Assembly (NCBI GenBank): GCA_036630325.1
Contig: CP142731.1
Coordinates: forward strand, 1-64,000
Source of the DNA: Vairimorpha necatrix
Lineage: Eukaryota
Reading direction: 5' to 3'
DNA: 64,000 bases
Shown here: positions 51,739 to 64,000 of the stretch, piece by piece
How the letters are laid out: each line of letters opens with the position of its first letter
Position numbering within the stretch: the first letter of the stretch is position 1
Position numbers and translations under genes: made by a program
Notes under the pieces: model-generated
The model's database searches: none
Told to the model about the DNA's origin: nothing
What the model saw: only the letters and a program-made list of their open reading frames with translations

Positions 51739-52922
51739 TGCGCAACGGTCTGAGCCCGGACTTTTTTTCTCCTAAGAGACCCTTGGAGAGAATCGAAAAA
51801 ATAATATTAATAAAACATTTTATTCCAAGAAAACTTTGATAATTTCAAATAAACATTCTCAACTCTTGATATTAAAATATATAGCGCATATATTCTACAA
51901 ATAAGTGCTTCAAAAAATCTGTGATTGCATTTTTGAATTCTTTTCTGGCTATTGTATCAAATTTGAGCTAAACCAGACTCCCTCTATTATATTTTTGGTC
52001 TTTCGGACTTGTGGATAAAACCGTCATCATGGACTACAACGCGATGATCTTCATTGATAGATTTAACTGCTGCGGAATGAGATTTATGCCCTTCCAATGT
52101 GCAAGTCGTTTCGTTTTTTATGTATTTTTAAAAGAATTAGTCATCGTCTGTATAGTACGGTTAGGTATTATCTCGGTTCTTAATTCAAACGTTCGCTCTT
52201 CTATTGTACCAATAAAACATGTACAATTTTGACTGTGTCATATCTTTCCGACAAAAATATGACAAATTCCTCTTTTACTATAGCAGCTTCATCGGTATGT
52301 GTCACTTCTTCAATCCCTCCTTTTTTTTGGTATTTGATGTTTTCCTTTCTCAGTGTTTCATATACTTTTTTTTTAGTCCTGAAAACACTGGAAGCTGACA
52401 CACGTAATTTTTATTAAGTTTAGTGTAGACTGCTTTTTATTAAATGAACACAAAATATACCAATAATTGTGTTTAGGTATTCTGGGATTCGAAATGAAAG
52501 TTTTATCAAAAACTCCATATTAGCTCAACATCCACCCTTTCCCCTACACTTAAACCGTTGGCAGCCTATGTACGAATTATTCGGAGGGAATACTCTTATC
52601 CCAGGACAAATCGTACATTCTATGGCAATTTTTAGTAATTTTATCCACTAGCCAACATATTGCCTCATTGGGTCTTGTAAGTTTTTGACCTACTGTCAAT
52701 CAGCTATGGGCATATCATAAAAATAAAATATTTTTGAAAAAATAGTCTAAAAAAGAAAAAAGTTTATAGCTAAAAAATGTTAATCCGAATGAAATTCAAA
52801 CAAAACTGCAAAATTTCGTATCTTGGGGATATGGTTCGTAAAAATCCTTTTTCCCACTTTACGATCTGTGCCCGGATTTAGTACGTAAAAAAATGGAAAG
52901 TCCGGGCTCAGACCGTTGCACC
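51739..52922 (-). mobile_element. Second, divergent Merlin (ISXO2-like) transposon, decayed
   Basis: Perfect 23-bp inverted repeat GCAACGGTCTGAGCCCGGACTTT at both ends. Minus-strand remnants VTHTDEAAIVK, EIIPNRTIQT, HRVVVHDDGF and IEGVW. Confidence 0.8.
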
Positions 52923-53169
52923 AAAAAATAAGTGGAAGTAAATTTTTTCTCGTTAAATCTTTACTTAATACCCATCAGATATTTATACAAATTTTGATTT
53001 TTATTTTTGTTCCTTTTTTAATATCGAAATCAACAAATGCGGAAATAAGTAAATTACATAGTTGAAGGTATGGTTACGTTAGGAAATATTTTAGTTAAGA
53101 ATATATAAAACATAGTAATATTGTAATTTAAAACTGTTTGTCTTCTAGCATTCATTGAGAAATTTAACA

Positions 53170-53672
53170 GTACAATATAAGAATTTTTTTAATTTTATAC
53201 CATCGTTTTTTGTAAGTTAGAGGTCTTCATCTACTTATTTTATTCTTGTTTTCTCAATATGATATTATTTGGGTTCGATGTTACAAATTAGATGTATTAA
53301 GTGTGTATAATTTATCTATATAGAAATGAATTTAGTTTATTTTTTCTGGGAAACTCAGTTCCGGAATATTGTCGGAATTGTTTTCTAGAATTTACTTAAC
53401 CCTTTCACAAAGCAATATAATAACGTTCATTCAAATAAAAAAAAGTGTATGAATTGAAATATAAAACATAAGGAAGTCATCTCATTGAAAGATATAGAAT
53501 AAAGCGATATAATGTTGTCATTCGAATTAAATAAGATAACCAATTATTGGGGTTTCTTTATTACATCTCTCTGTTTTGATATTCCGACCAAAAATGGAAA
53601 CTCAAAAAAAGGAGGTACGTACCATAAAACTTTTATATAAATTCGCTTTCAAAACGGGGAAGCATATGCTAG
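53170..53672 (+). mobile_element. Diverged non-autonomous Helitron copy
   Basis: Similar along its length to 62462-62983. Ends in TTCGCTTTCAAAACGGGGAAGCATATGCTAG followed by T. Confidence 0.7.
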
Positions 53673-56600
53673 TTAGATATATAAAAAATTTACATATTCA
53701 ACATGATTTTTTGTGTCATTATTATTCAATTTTGTTTAGTTAAATATAGCTTCATCTATTTTTAAAACTTTATAATAGTTTATGGATTTTTATTTATCTT
53801 TCTTTAGTAAAAAGTTAATTATTTCTTTAGAATATAAATATTGATTATATGTTCGAGGAGTAAGAAAATCTATTTTTTATCTTTTAAACGTGCATAAGTC
53901 TTTAAAAAAAAAATTAATCATTTATAATTTTTTATTTATAGATTGATTTTATATATTTGTATATTTATATTTTCTTTATTTATTTATTACTAACATTATA
54001 ACTTACTTGTACACATATTCATTGTGATATAATCGTATAAGGCACAATAGATATACATAATAAAGAATAAGAAGAAGTCATGTTCAAGTAAATGAAATAT
54101 TTATATATTTAAATATAGAAAATGTGAAAAAACTAATTATTTAAAGTGATTGTGTTGTTTTTTTTGATTTTTATTTTTTTTTCTTCCGGTTCAAACGATT
54201 AAACTTTCATTAATAGTACTAAAATTAGAGTTCCATCTACTATGTTAGTGTTGCGTGGAACTGCTCGATTTTCTTTTGTTAATAAAAAGATACCAAATTT
54301 AGATAGCAAGATTAAATTATACATTTCTGATCTCAATATAATAAACAAAATTCTACTAAGAACAATTTGTTTTAGATATATTTTTAATTATATAAAAAAA
54401 TGCAAGAATGAGAAATCGCCTCACAATATTTAAAAATCTGAAATCAATCAGATATAAAAATTATTTTTAAAATAATAATGTCTAGGGGTTGTTTAAATGT
54501 AAATTTTGAAAATCAATTTTTCTAATTGCAAAAATACATACAGTTGGAGTTATTATAGTGTATAATATAATAAATTTTAAAACATCATATAAAATCATAA
54601 TATGTTTGTTTTGTGCATTATTATATTGCTTACATGTTTAATTTTACGGTAAATCTATTCGAGGATTTATAAATTTCAGTTTTTTTTTGTCCGAAAAAAT
54701 TGAAGGATGTTTGTCCTGTCATAGTAGAATATAAATTTTATAACAGCTTACATAACGCTAAAAAAATTCAAATTTTTATATAAACAATATATTATTAGTA
54801 CAAGATGCATTTTTTTATTGGGGAAAATTATAATTTTTAATTTTATGTTTTTTCCATTCGGTCATAAAATTAGAATATAAATTTTATAATAAATTAAAAT
54901 TAGTTATATTATTTAATTTTTTTTGAAAAAATATAACTAGATCAAGTCAATGATGCAATTAACATAAATAAATAAATAGACATCGTGCTTCAATGATTCC
55001 TTATTGTATTTATATAATACCCGAGAAGATTATGATTGTATATTTTATAATACAATCAGTTAGAAAGCTACCTGATTTTTTATTGTATAAATAAATTTAT
55101 TGATATATGTAATTTAATAGTTTCTTATTCATATATACAACAATAATTAAATGAAATTGGCAAGAATATGGCCAAAAGAAATAAAAAAAATATTACAAAT
55201 AATAAAGAATCTGCGAAATATTATGTAATAAAAATCGCTAGATGTAAATATTTTATTGTTTTTAGCTGAAAAAATCTTAGATTAATTTCTATGTTTATTA
55301 GTCATTAAATTTTTAAAAAAGCTTTATAAAAACTTGTAGCTTGTTATTTTCCATTCTTTGCAATTTAACGTCCTTCAAACATATTTTAATTAGCTTTATA
55401 TCAATTTGTACAAAATAAAACAAACTAATAGTTTATATAAAAAAAATAAAAAGTATCCAAATTTTTATCGTGTATAAATATGTACTCATGTAATTAGATA
55501 GAATTTAAATATTAGGGTATAATAGACCATCATTATTTCTCTACTGTCTTTCTTATCAACGTTACACAAAAGTAAAATACATTTATTTTTAATTTTCTTG
55601 ATAGGAAACATTTATAATTTATATTTTTATTGTAATTTAATAACAAAAAAAAGAATTTTAATATAATGAATTGTTCATGGATAAAAAGGAATAAAAAAAA
55701 AGAATAAATTTATTAAAGAGATTTTTTATATTTAACTTTTGAATTAATTAGAATGGCACAAAAGGATTTTTTGATAAATAACTGGTTCGCAAAACTCTTG
55801 TTTGAGCAATTTAAAACTTATACAAGCATGTATAGCTTTAAAAACTAAAAACACATTAACTTATTTAGTAACTTAGAAAGACTTTTTAGTCATAAATGAG
55901 AAATTCTTAGGTATACAATTTGCTTTAAAGATTTTTTATTAGATATTTTTCTTTTATTACATTTATTTATTAAATTTAATTTTTTTACTATAAACAAAAA
56001 ACAAAACAATAGCAAAGTACGGATATAAGAAATAAGCTTTCCAAAGATTTGCAATCCTATCTAAATTTTTTAGGAAAGGTTATAATCAAAACGAAGTACT
56101 ATATCAGACCAATCTGGTGTTAAAAATTTATTTATAAGTATATTAGGCGGATTTAGACACTACATTTTGTTTATTGCCCCCAAATGTAAGCAACTTTTGC
56201 ATTGATAAATAATTTGCATAAATAGTACAATCCTAAACATGCAATAATACTAAGTATCGAAAATTATATAAAAGACCACAAAATCGATTGAAAATTTAAA
56301 AATTGTTAATCATGATTGTATAATTTGCGTTTTAAAAAGATTAAATTTTAATCTAAGATAAATTAATTGCTTATCTTTTTTTTGCATATATTTATACATG
56401 AAAAAATTTTGATTTATTTATTCATATTTTTGTTTAACAAACTTTTTCACGGAAAAGTTAACAATTTTCATAAGATTTCCGTTTAATTTTCGATCTTCAA
56501 TTTAATTACTAATCTATGTGGCTTGTTGCAAAGCTATAATTGGACTTATTTTGGTATCATAGAATACAGGATTAGAATGCATTATTTAAAGAATAAGTAT

Positions 56601-58118
56601 GGAAAAGCATTGTAATTATTTTTTTGGAAAAGGCGCTTTATTGAATAAATCAAAATTGTTTTATGTGTCTCAAAAATATTGTGAGCATTACATTTAAATA
56701 ATTCGAGTTAGAAAATACCAAGTGGTAAGTTTATTAATTGCATTTAGGCATTAAAATTTTGTAAAGAATGTGGAAATAGTTGTAAAAAATTAGAATCAAT
56801 TTATTGACTTACGAATACAATTTACAATAATTATATATAAATTTCTGAATAAAGTATACCGAGTAAATAAATTTAGTGAGATAATAAATATAGTTTGATA
56901 TTTATTTTAATTATTTGCTTAATTGATATTATTAGTTTAATTGGGATTTTTTTGTTTTCTTATAGAAAACGGAAATATCAGAAGCCATTTTAATCACTAC
57001 AAATCAAAAATAAATAGAATGTATGCTTATTGAACATATTTGGTGCAATAATGTAAGAATGTGTGCTAACCTGTAAAACCCCTTTTTGTTATTTATCAAA
57101 TTATATACAATTATAATAATAATAATAATTACTTCATATATATATAATAGACTTTTATGTTAATATTGAAAATGTCAAATTCAAAATATATTGAATCTTA
57201 TAAAACAAGTTTTTAAAGTTAAAACTACAATAAGATTGTTATTTTTTTCATGTAGATATTATTAATTCGACTTATTGGTTATATATTATAAGGAATTGTA
57301 TATTTCTTACTTAAAATATTAAATCGCACATATCGTGACGTTTATTTCTTAAGTTTAAATTAATATAACTTATGGAGTCAGAAGAATTAGTTGTTAAAAC
57401 CTAGTTTCCAAAATTATACCTTAAAATTTATAATATATGAAAGACTTTTAATAAACATTGCAAAAATCAGTTTGACTTTGTATTATAATTTTGGTTACGT
57501 TTATGTTTTGCCTTCATCTGGTGTTTCCATTCACATAAAAAATTCTACATTATATTCATTTCTTCTGAATGTTTGCAAGGAGAAACTAAATCGAAGCTTG
57601 TGATCAATGCGAGTGAGTAACCATGAACAAAGAAGTAATGCGTGGGATATTTTTAAAATAGACTTTATATCTGGAATAGTTTTTATAAAATACTATGTTC
57701 AAATTCGTTCCAAACATGGAAGTCTGTTGTACCTTGTATAATATAATATTAGTCATTTGTAATTTTTTATGTAACAAACATTACATTTATTACAAATACC
57801 AAACTAAATATTTTAAAAATCTTTTGAAAAAGAAAATATATTTTTCAAAAGTTTTAAGTAATAATCTAATTATTAAAACCATTTTCAGAACAACTGTTTA
57901 TTTAAAGCGATTGTTGCGCAATCGCTAAGCAATACATAAAATAAGACATATATAACATCGAAAATATTAAAGACAATAAACAGGTTATTTTTTTGTGTAT
58001 GAAAATGCCGCAATAATTGATTGAGATCTATAAGTCTCAATCTATGATCGTAAAAACTCAGAAATTAAATTTTTTTATGCATAGAAATATTCTTGTGTAA
58101 AATTTTGATTGTATGTTT

Positions 58119-60350
58119 TTATTTTTTATCATAATTTTCCAAAATCTTGGTTAAATTTCTGTGAAATTTCACTCCTATATTGTAATCATTCAGAATTTCA
58201 GATAATTCATTTTCACACAGCAACATTCGAATTTTTTTAATTTTTTTTTCCGCAAATTCTTTAAAAATTTTTTTGTTACTAATTTCATTGTCCAAAAGAG
58301 ATTCAAGAGATATTAAAAAATCATTTTTTATAGTATTTCTTATATTTAAATTAATTAACTTGTTTAAATCTCGAGAGAAAATTTCAAGTTCGTCTTTTTT
58401 ACATTCATAAAGCAATTCTGCATTAATTCCTGCCGATACATTGGATACATCTTCTGTCAAACATTTATTACTAAAGATCTTTTCAATTACATTTACTCCG
58501 TTTTGACGTAATCGTTTTTCAAACATTTTAGTTTTATTTTTATCATATAAATAATTAATTTTTTTATTTAAAGCATCATGCTTAATTTTACATAGTGCCG
58601 TAGATAATCTTTTTTCATAGAAACTATAAACAATATTTTTCAATTCTTTTCTATAACGATATAGTGCTTCGTTAATACGTTGGTTTCTTGTGTTTTCTGA
58701 TAATTTTTTTCTTATTATTTCATTATTATTTTCAACTGTAATATTATTTAAGCAAAAAAAATCAAAAACTCTATCTTTTTCAATATAAAAATGTACATAT
58801 TCAAGTATACACAAATTTTGCTCATATCCTGTATATAATGATGTTATCGAAAAAATTTGCTTCCATATATTGTTCATGTATGCCTGAATATCTTTAAGAT
58901 GAAATTTTACAGCGACGTGGAATATTTCAATTAAATCGATATTTTTTATGACATTATATTGATTATCACATGGTATAAACCCTGCTTTTTTCTTGATAAG
59001 AGCGGCGATATTGCTCAAAATTAATAATATTGGTTTATCACTAACATCATTTTCATTTATAAAACGTTCAACTTCGTATAATAAACAGATTTTTATCAGG
59101 AAAGTACTCGCTAAAAAACTACAATTGCATAAATTTGTTATTATTTTTTCTATAAGCAGATTTTTCGATGTTTCATCAAATTCTTTGTTTCTTAAAATTT
59201 TACTTAGATTAAATTCTTTATACAAATTATCAGACAACAATATATGAAGTAAAATCAAATAAATTGCACTTCCTCTTTTATTTAAGATTTTTTTTAAGAA
59301 GAATTCTGCACGACCACCTGTTTCTAATAATCTAAAAAGCAATTCCACTTCGTTATGACATTCACCTAAAGTCTTTATATAATAGGTTTTTCTAAAAAAC
59401 TCTTGAAATTCCAAAGATGTCGAATTTGTAAAAATGGCTTCATGTTGTAAAGAATATATATATTCCTTGTAATTTTGTGTAAAACGTATTTCGTCATTAT
59501 CCATTTTAATTTTGAATATATTGTGATAAAATTCAATTTTATTTAACGTACAAACCGAAAAATAAGATATATTACGCTTAACGATTTTATCAACATATAT
59601 AAATTTATACAATTCTTTAAGGTGAATACATATTTGGTGGTCAATTTCATTAATATGTTCTCTTATCATAATTGTATGTGGAATAAGATTTTCAGAACCA
59701 AGTTCTTTAATATTTAATTCAAAGAAATAATGAACCTTGTCTATATTTATACAAATACATATGTAGCGGGAATTGCTCCTTTTAATATAAGAAATTGGAG
59801 ATTGTGGAAAACATAATCTACCCTGGACAATGCTAGTCTTAAATTTTAAATTTGTAAATACTTTGTACCAAAGAACATCATTTTCCATGATGTATTCATA
59901 AAATAGTTCATCTTTGAGTCTTAGTTTTTTTTGTTTAATATTTTCGTTTTTTATATGTTCAATTAAGTTCTTAAAAATAGGACGAACCTGGAAAAATAAC
60001 GGATTATAAATCAAAACGTTATAATCAGCCAAATAATTTCTATGTTCCATTAAAATAATGTGTTTAAATTCTTTAACTACAGTTAAAATAGATTTGTTAG
60101 TGCAATTAATCTTTACATTTTTAGTTTCTTGTCTTTTTTGAAACCCTTTGATCTCTACTATAATATCTACATTAATATTATTTTGTCTGATATCAAAATC
60201 CATTAAAATTCTCAAATATCGTTTATCATAATCAATTGTAGTATAATCACCGCTTTCTATTTTTTTTATTAGTACCAAATTTATCTGATTAGAAACATAT
60301 TGACCCGATTTTATAAATAAAATAGTAAAAGCAAATTTAACGACATCCAT
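58119..60350 (-). CDS. Hypothetical 743-aa protein, predicted secreted, paralogue of 45252-47426
   Basis: Long ORF starting MDVVKFAFTILFIKS, with TTACCCCAT before the ATG and AATAAA overlapping the stop. Shared motifs IK.IE.G, CTLN.I, IL...GSAI, I.LIE.F, L.TG and NNE.IRK. Confidence 0.93.
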   Translation of the reverse strand: MDVVKFAFTILFIKSGQYVSNQINLVLIKKIESGDYTTIDYDKRYLRILMDFDIRQNNINVDIIVEIKGFQKRQETKNVKINCTNKSILTVVKEFKHIILMEHRNYLADYNVLIYNPLFFQVRPIFKNLIEHIKNENIKQKKLRLKDELFYEYIMENDVLWYKVFTNLKFKTSIVQGRLCFPQSPISYIKRSNSRYICICINIDKVHYFFELNIKELGSENLIPHTIMIREHINEIDHQICIHLKELYKFIYVDKIVKRNISYFSVCTLNKIEFYHNIFKIKMDNDEIRFTQNYKEYIYSLQHEAIFTNSTSLEFQEFFRKTYYIKTLGECHNEVELLFRLLETGGRAEFFLKKILNKRGSAIYLILLHILLSDNLYKEFNLSKILRNKEFDETSKNLLIEKIITNLCNCSFLASTFLIKICLLYEVERFINENDVSDKPILLILSNIAALIKKKAGFIPCDNQYNVIKNIDLIEIFHVAVKFHLKDIQAYMNNIWKQIFSITSLYTGYEQNLCILEYVHFYIEKDRVFDFFCLNNITVENNNEIIRKKLSENTRNQRINEALYRYRKELKNIVYSFYEKRLSTALCKIKHDALNKKINYLYDKNKTKMFEKRLRQNGVNVIEKIFSNKCLTEDVSNVSAGINAELLYECKKDELEIFSRDLNKLINLNIRNTIKNDFLISLESLLDNEISNKKIFKEFAEKKIKKIRMLLCENELSEILNDYNIGVKFHRNLTKILENYDKK

Positions 60351-60360
60351 ATGGGGTAAC
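60351..60360 (-). promoter_or_regulatory. CCC start-proximal motif
   Basis: Minus strand GTTACCCCAT-ATG. Confidence 0.75.
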
Positions 60361-62461
60361 TCTAGCTTATTTGGATTTAATCAAAATCCTATAAAAAATG
60401 GCAAATTTATGTATTATAGAATTTTTTTGCAATCAAAAATCATAATAATTTGTTAACACAAAAAAATATGAGCAAGGGGATCTAAAACAAAATAGGGTTG
60501 AAATTTGATGGCTAGATATAAAAAGTCTATAAAAAATTGAAATCAAATTTTAATAAACTAAATACTGAAAAAAGCATTATTTTCACTAATTTTCTAGTCA
60601 TAATGACTTATTTTCTAAGATATTTATAACAATACACTTATAAACACAATCTAAGTAAACATTTGTAAAAATATAAAGGTGGTTTTGTTTAACTTGTTTG
60701 CAGTTTATAGCCAATAATAAAAATTTTCAGAAAATTTATATTTTCTTGACTGGTTGACATGTGTCAGATAAAACTGTTTGATATTTTTTTAAAAAAAAAT
60801 ATTTAAGAGAATACACATTGTATGCCTGCAAATTATCTTTCAATATACCTTGTTTTGTAATGCTTCAAAAGGAAATTTATTTTTAATCGTCTTATTATAT
60901 TATTTATAGATAGAATATCCAATGATAGATATGTATAAAAAAAAAAACTCAATGTTATTACGATCTTAAATTTTAATAATTTCAAATCTAATTTGTTGTA
61001 TCATCTAGTCTATTTAAGACAAGACGCCATTTCGGTGAATATATTGCGATAGATATCAAGAAATAAAATATACGTATTTAAAAATCGTATGTAAATTAAA
61101 TACTAACTGTAAGTTTTATTTAACATAGTTTTTTTTCTAGTTTTTTCATATAGATATATCAATAATATGGAAGCAATACATAATGTTTTCACTCCACATG
61201 AAATAATAATCGTTGTATATGACATTAGAACATATTCATAATAAATAATGATAAAAGATAATCCTGAATTTGGGTGTTCTAAGCGTATCAAAAATTTACA
61301 AAAAAGATGATTTAGTTTTTACTAAAATTCATTTAGTAACTAATTTTTAAACACAGGCTTTTTATGAAATTAAAAGACCAAAAAATTATTATGAACATTA
61401 TAGTGAAACAAAAACATATTTTCAGTCATTAAACTAAATTTATCATACAAATTTTTTTAGTAAGGTCGGCAAATGACATGTTTAAAAAAATTTACCATAT
61501 TAAATGTTTATTAGCAGTTAAAATGATAAAAAAAATTCGCAAATATTTTTTAATATTAAATCGACTCATTTGAAAAATACATAGCTGGATTTTTAAATTG
61601 CATATTTGCGCACATATATGATACTTGGTCTTCAAACAGATCCTTTTTGGATCATAAAATTTCAAATAATATTTCTATTCAGAATGTAGCTTAGTTTTTT
61701 TCAAACAATATTTCTATTTTACTGTTATGTCATGACCATATAGATTAAAAAAACTATGTTTTAAATTTATTTTTATAAGAAAAATTATGACTTAATGACA
61801 ATAATAAATACTTGAAATGTATTTTTACAATATTACTATTTATTCTAGCTCGCACCAAGGTAATAAAAACATTAAATTGCTTGTTTTCAAATTTACTAGT
61901 TCTTTTTTATGCGTATATAATCGCAAAGTGGAAAAAATTGTTTCGTATAATGTGGTGATTTTTTTGGGCAGGGAATATATCTAGTTATCACCATAAGAAG
62001 TAAAAACTTAACTACACATACGTATAAACAAGTTTGAACATCATAAAATGTATATTATTTGAAGGTTTTTTATGCCATTTTGATCTCTTGATATAAATTA
62101 GAAATAAAAGTATGAAGTACATTATCCATGAGTTACTTATATTTAACTTTAAAAATTTTAAAAAGTAGTTCATCAAAGCAGTGATAAAATACTTCAATAT
62201 ACGATTAAAAATTGTAGTTTTAGTTTTAATGATGGACTGGTGCTAAATTTTTAATATATCTTAACAATCGCTTTTTTATTAAATATACAATTATCAATCC
62301 CAATTGAAAATTTAATAGAAATGTTTTAGTTTTCAGGTATGGAAGATATTTGCATATTAAAATGACTACAATATAAAGGGAATTCAGCAGTATTTATGTC
62401 TTGGTTTTCGTTTATACAGCACCAACCTCCCATATTTATGCTATATGTAATTCCGTAATCA

Positions 62462-63500
62462 TCATATATATAAAAGAATTTTATTTAATTTTTTACCCCT
62501 CTTTTTTGTGGGTTTGAAATTACTAAACGATACATTTTGATGCTTTTACGTTATTAAAATATTAAAAATAAATTCAATGTTTTAATTTGACTATTCCAAG
62601 TGTGTATACTATGTGTTAATACATTTTGATTTAGTTTGTTATTTTTGGAAAGCATGGTCCCAAAATATCGTCAGAATCGTTGTTTAGAATTTATTTGACC
62701 CTTCCGCGAAAAATTGTAAAAACATTTAACCAATAATGATTTTAAAGATAAAGGTCAAAAGTTGAGCTTAGAAGTTTATAAAAGCATTTCAATATGACTC
62801 AAAAGTGTTTTTAACTTAACTTAACTCCTTATATGTTACTAAAAAGTATTTTTAAAAACGATGTCTTCATCCTATCAAATTCAATCATCCCGAAATAGAA
62901 ACTCACCAAAATTTACCGAGGGGCGACATATTAAAAAACAAAACATTCAAAACCCGTTTTCAAAACGGGAAAGCATACGCTAGTCATATTATAAAAGAAT
63001 TTTATTTAATTTTTAACCCTTCTTTTTTGTGGTTTTGAAATTTCTAAACGGTACATTTTGAGCCTTTTACGTTAATATAATATCAAATTTAATTTTAACG
63101 TTTTAATTTGATAATTGTAAGTGCGTATATTATATATTAATGCATTTTAATTCATATTATTATTTTTGTAAAACTCAGTTCTAAAATATCGTCAGAATCG
63201 TTTTTTAGAATTTATTTAACCCTTCTAGAAAAATTTTAAAAATAATTGCCAAATAAAGATTTTGAATATAAGTGTCAAAAATTGAGCTTAGAAGTCCCCA
63301 AAATTATTTCAATATGACTCATAAGTGTTTTTAAAAACTTTACTCCTTATATGTTACTTAAAAGTATTTTTAAAAAGATGTCTTCATCCTGTCAAATTCA
63401 ATCATCCCAAAATGGAAACTTAAAAAAATTAAAAGGGGAAATACATATTATAAAACTAAACATTTCGATGCCGTTTTCAAAACGGGAAAGCATACGCTAG
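62462..63500 (+). mobile_element. Head-to-tail dimer of a ~520-bp non-autonomous Helitron
   Basis: Units at 62462-62983 and 62984-63500. Each starts TC and ends with the hairpin CCGTTTTCAAAACGG ~11 nt before CTAG. Outer flanks are A and T, with no TSD. Confidence 0.88.
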
Positions 63501-64000
63501 TTATTTTTATAAAGCAATTTAATTATACATACCAAATTAAACAACATGTTTTAGAATAGTCTATAAAAAAATTTGCAGCATAAGGCATACATTAAAATTG
63601 TATTGCTAAAAAATTTAATAAATATTAGTATAAAAATCATTTATAAACAGAAGTTTCCGAAAAAATATATATCGACTTATAAATGACAACATATTGTTAT
63701 TCTGAAACTATATTTCCTGGAAACATTAAAGGCGCCTATAATAATAAGATTTTTTGAATCAAAAATTTTGAGACTAAAGTGCGTAAAAATTATATAATGT
63801 ATAAAAACAATTTATCTATAAATAATGAAAAAAACTTTAAAGATTTTATTTTGATATAGTATCTAATAAAGTATTCATTTTTGTAAAACCTTTTATATAA
63901 TATTTCCTTCTTCTATTAATAACAAAGAATTTTTTTCGTAATTGGTCGAAACATTTGACAAAATCTTCATCGATATTATCTATAGATTGAAGTTGGCTAT

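Noticed and set aside
52011-52651. Small plus-strand ORFs in the 52-kb region as host genes
   Set aside because: They lie inside the decayed Merlin element, antisense to its transposase remnants.

Overview
Left end of a very AT-rich eukaryotic chromosome. The CCC motif just upstream of each start codon, the intronless genes and the TE content point to a microsporidian of the Nosema/Vairimorpha type (inference, not proven). Bases 1-2605 are a telomere built from an aperiodic mix of 4-bp (TAGG) and 5-bp (TTAGG) units. About 42 kb of gene-free subtelomere follows, full of decayed mobile elements and apparently decayed gene copies. The elements include Ty3/Gypsy copies (two with only ~38-55-bp LTRs and a start codon formed at the LTR/PBS junction), solo LTRs, 3' fragments of RLE-type non-LTR retrotransposons, a tRNA-derived SINE-like head, a Ginger-like integrase transposon, two Merlin (ISXO2/IS1595-like) elements, a MITE, and non-autonomous Helitrons including a head-to-tail dimer. 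Only three intact host genes are visible (724, 303 and 743 aa). All are on the minus strand with signal-peptide-like N-termini, and the 724- and 743-aa proteins are paralogues. All alignments and coordinates were made by eye and may be off by a few bases.
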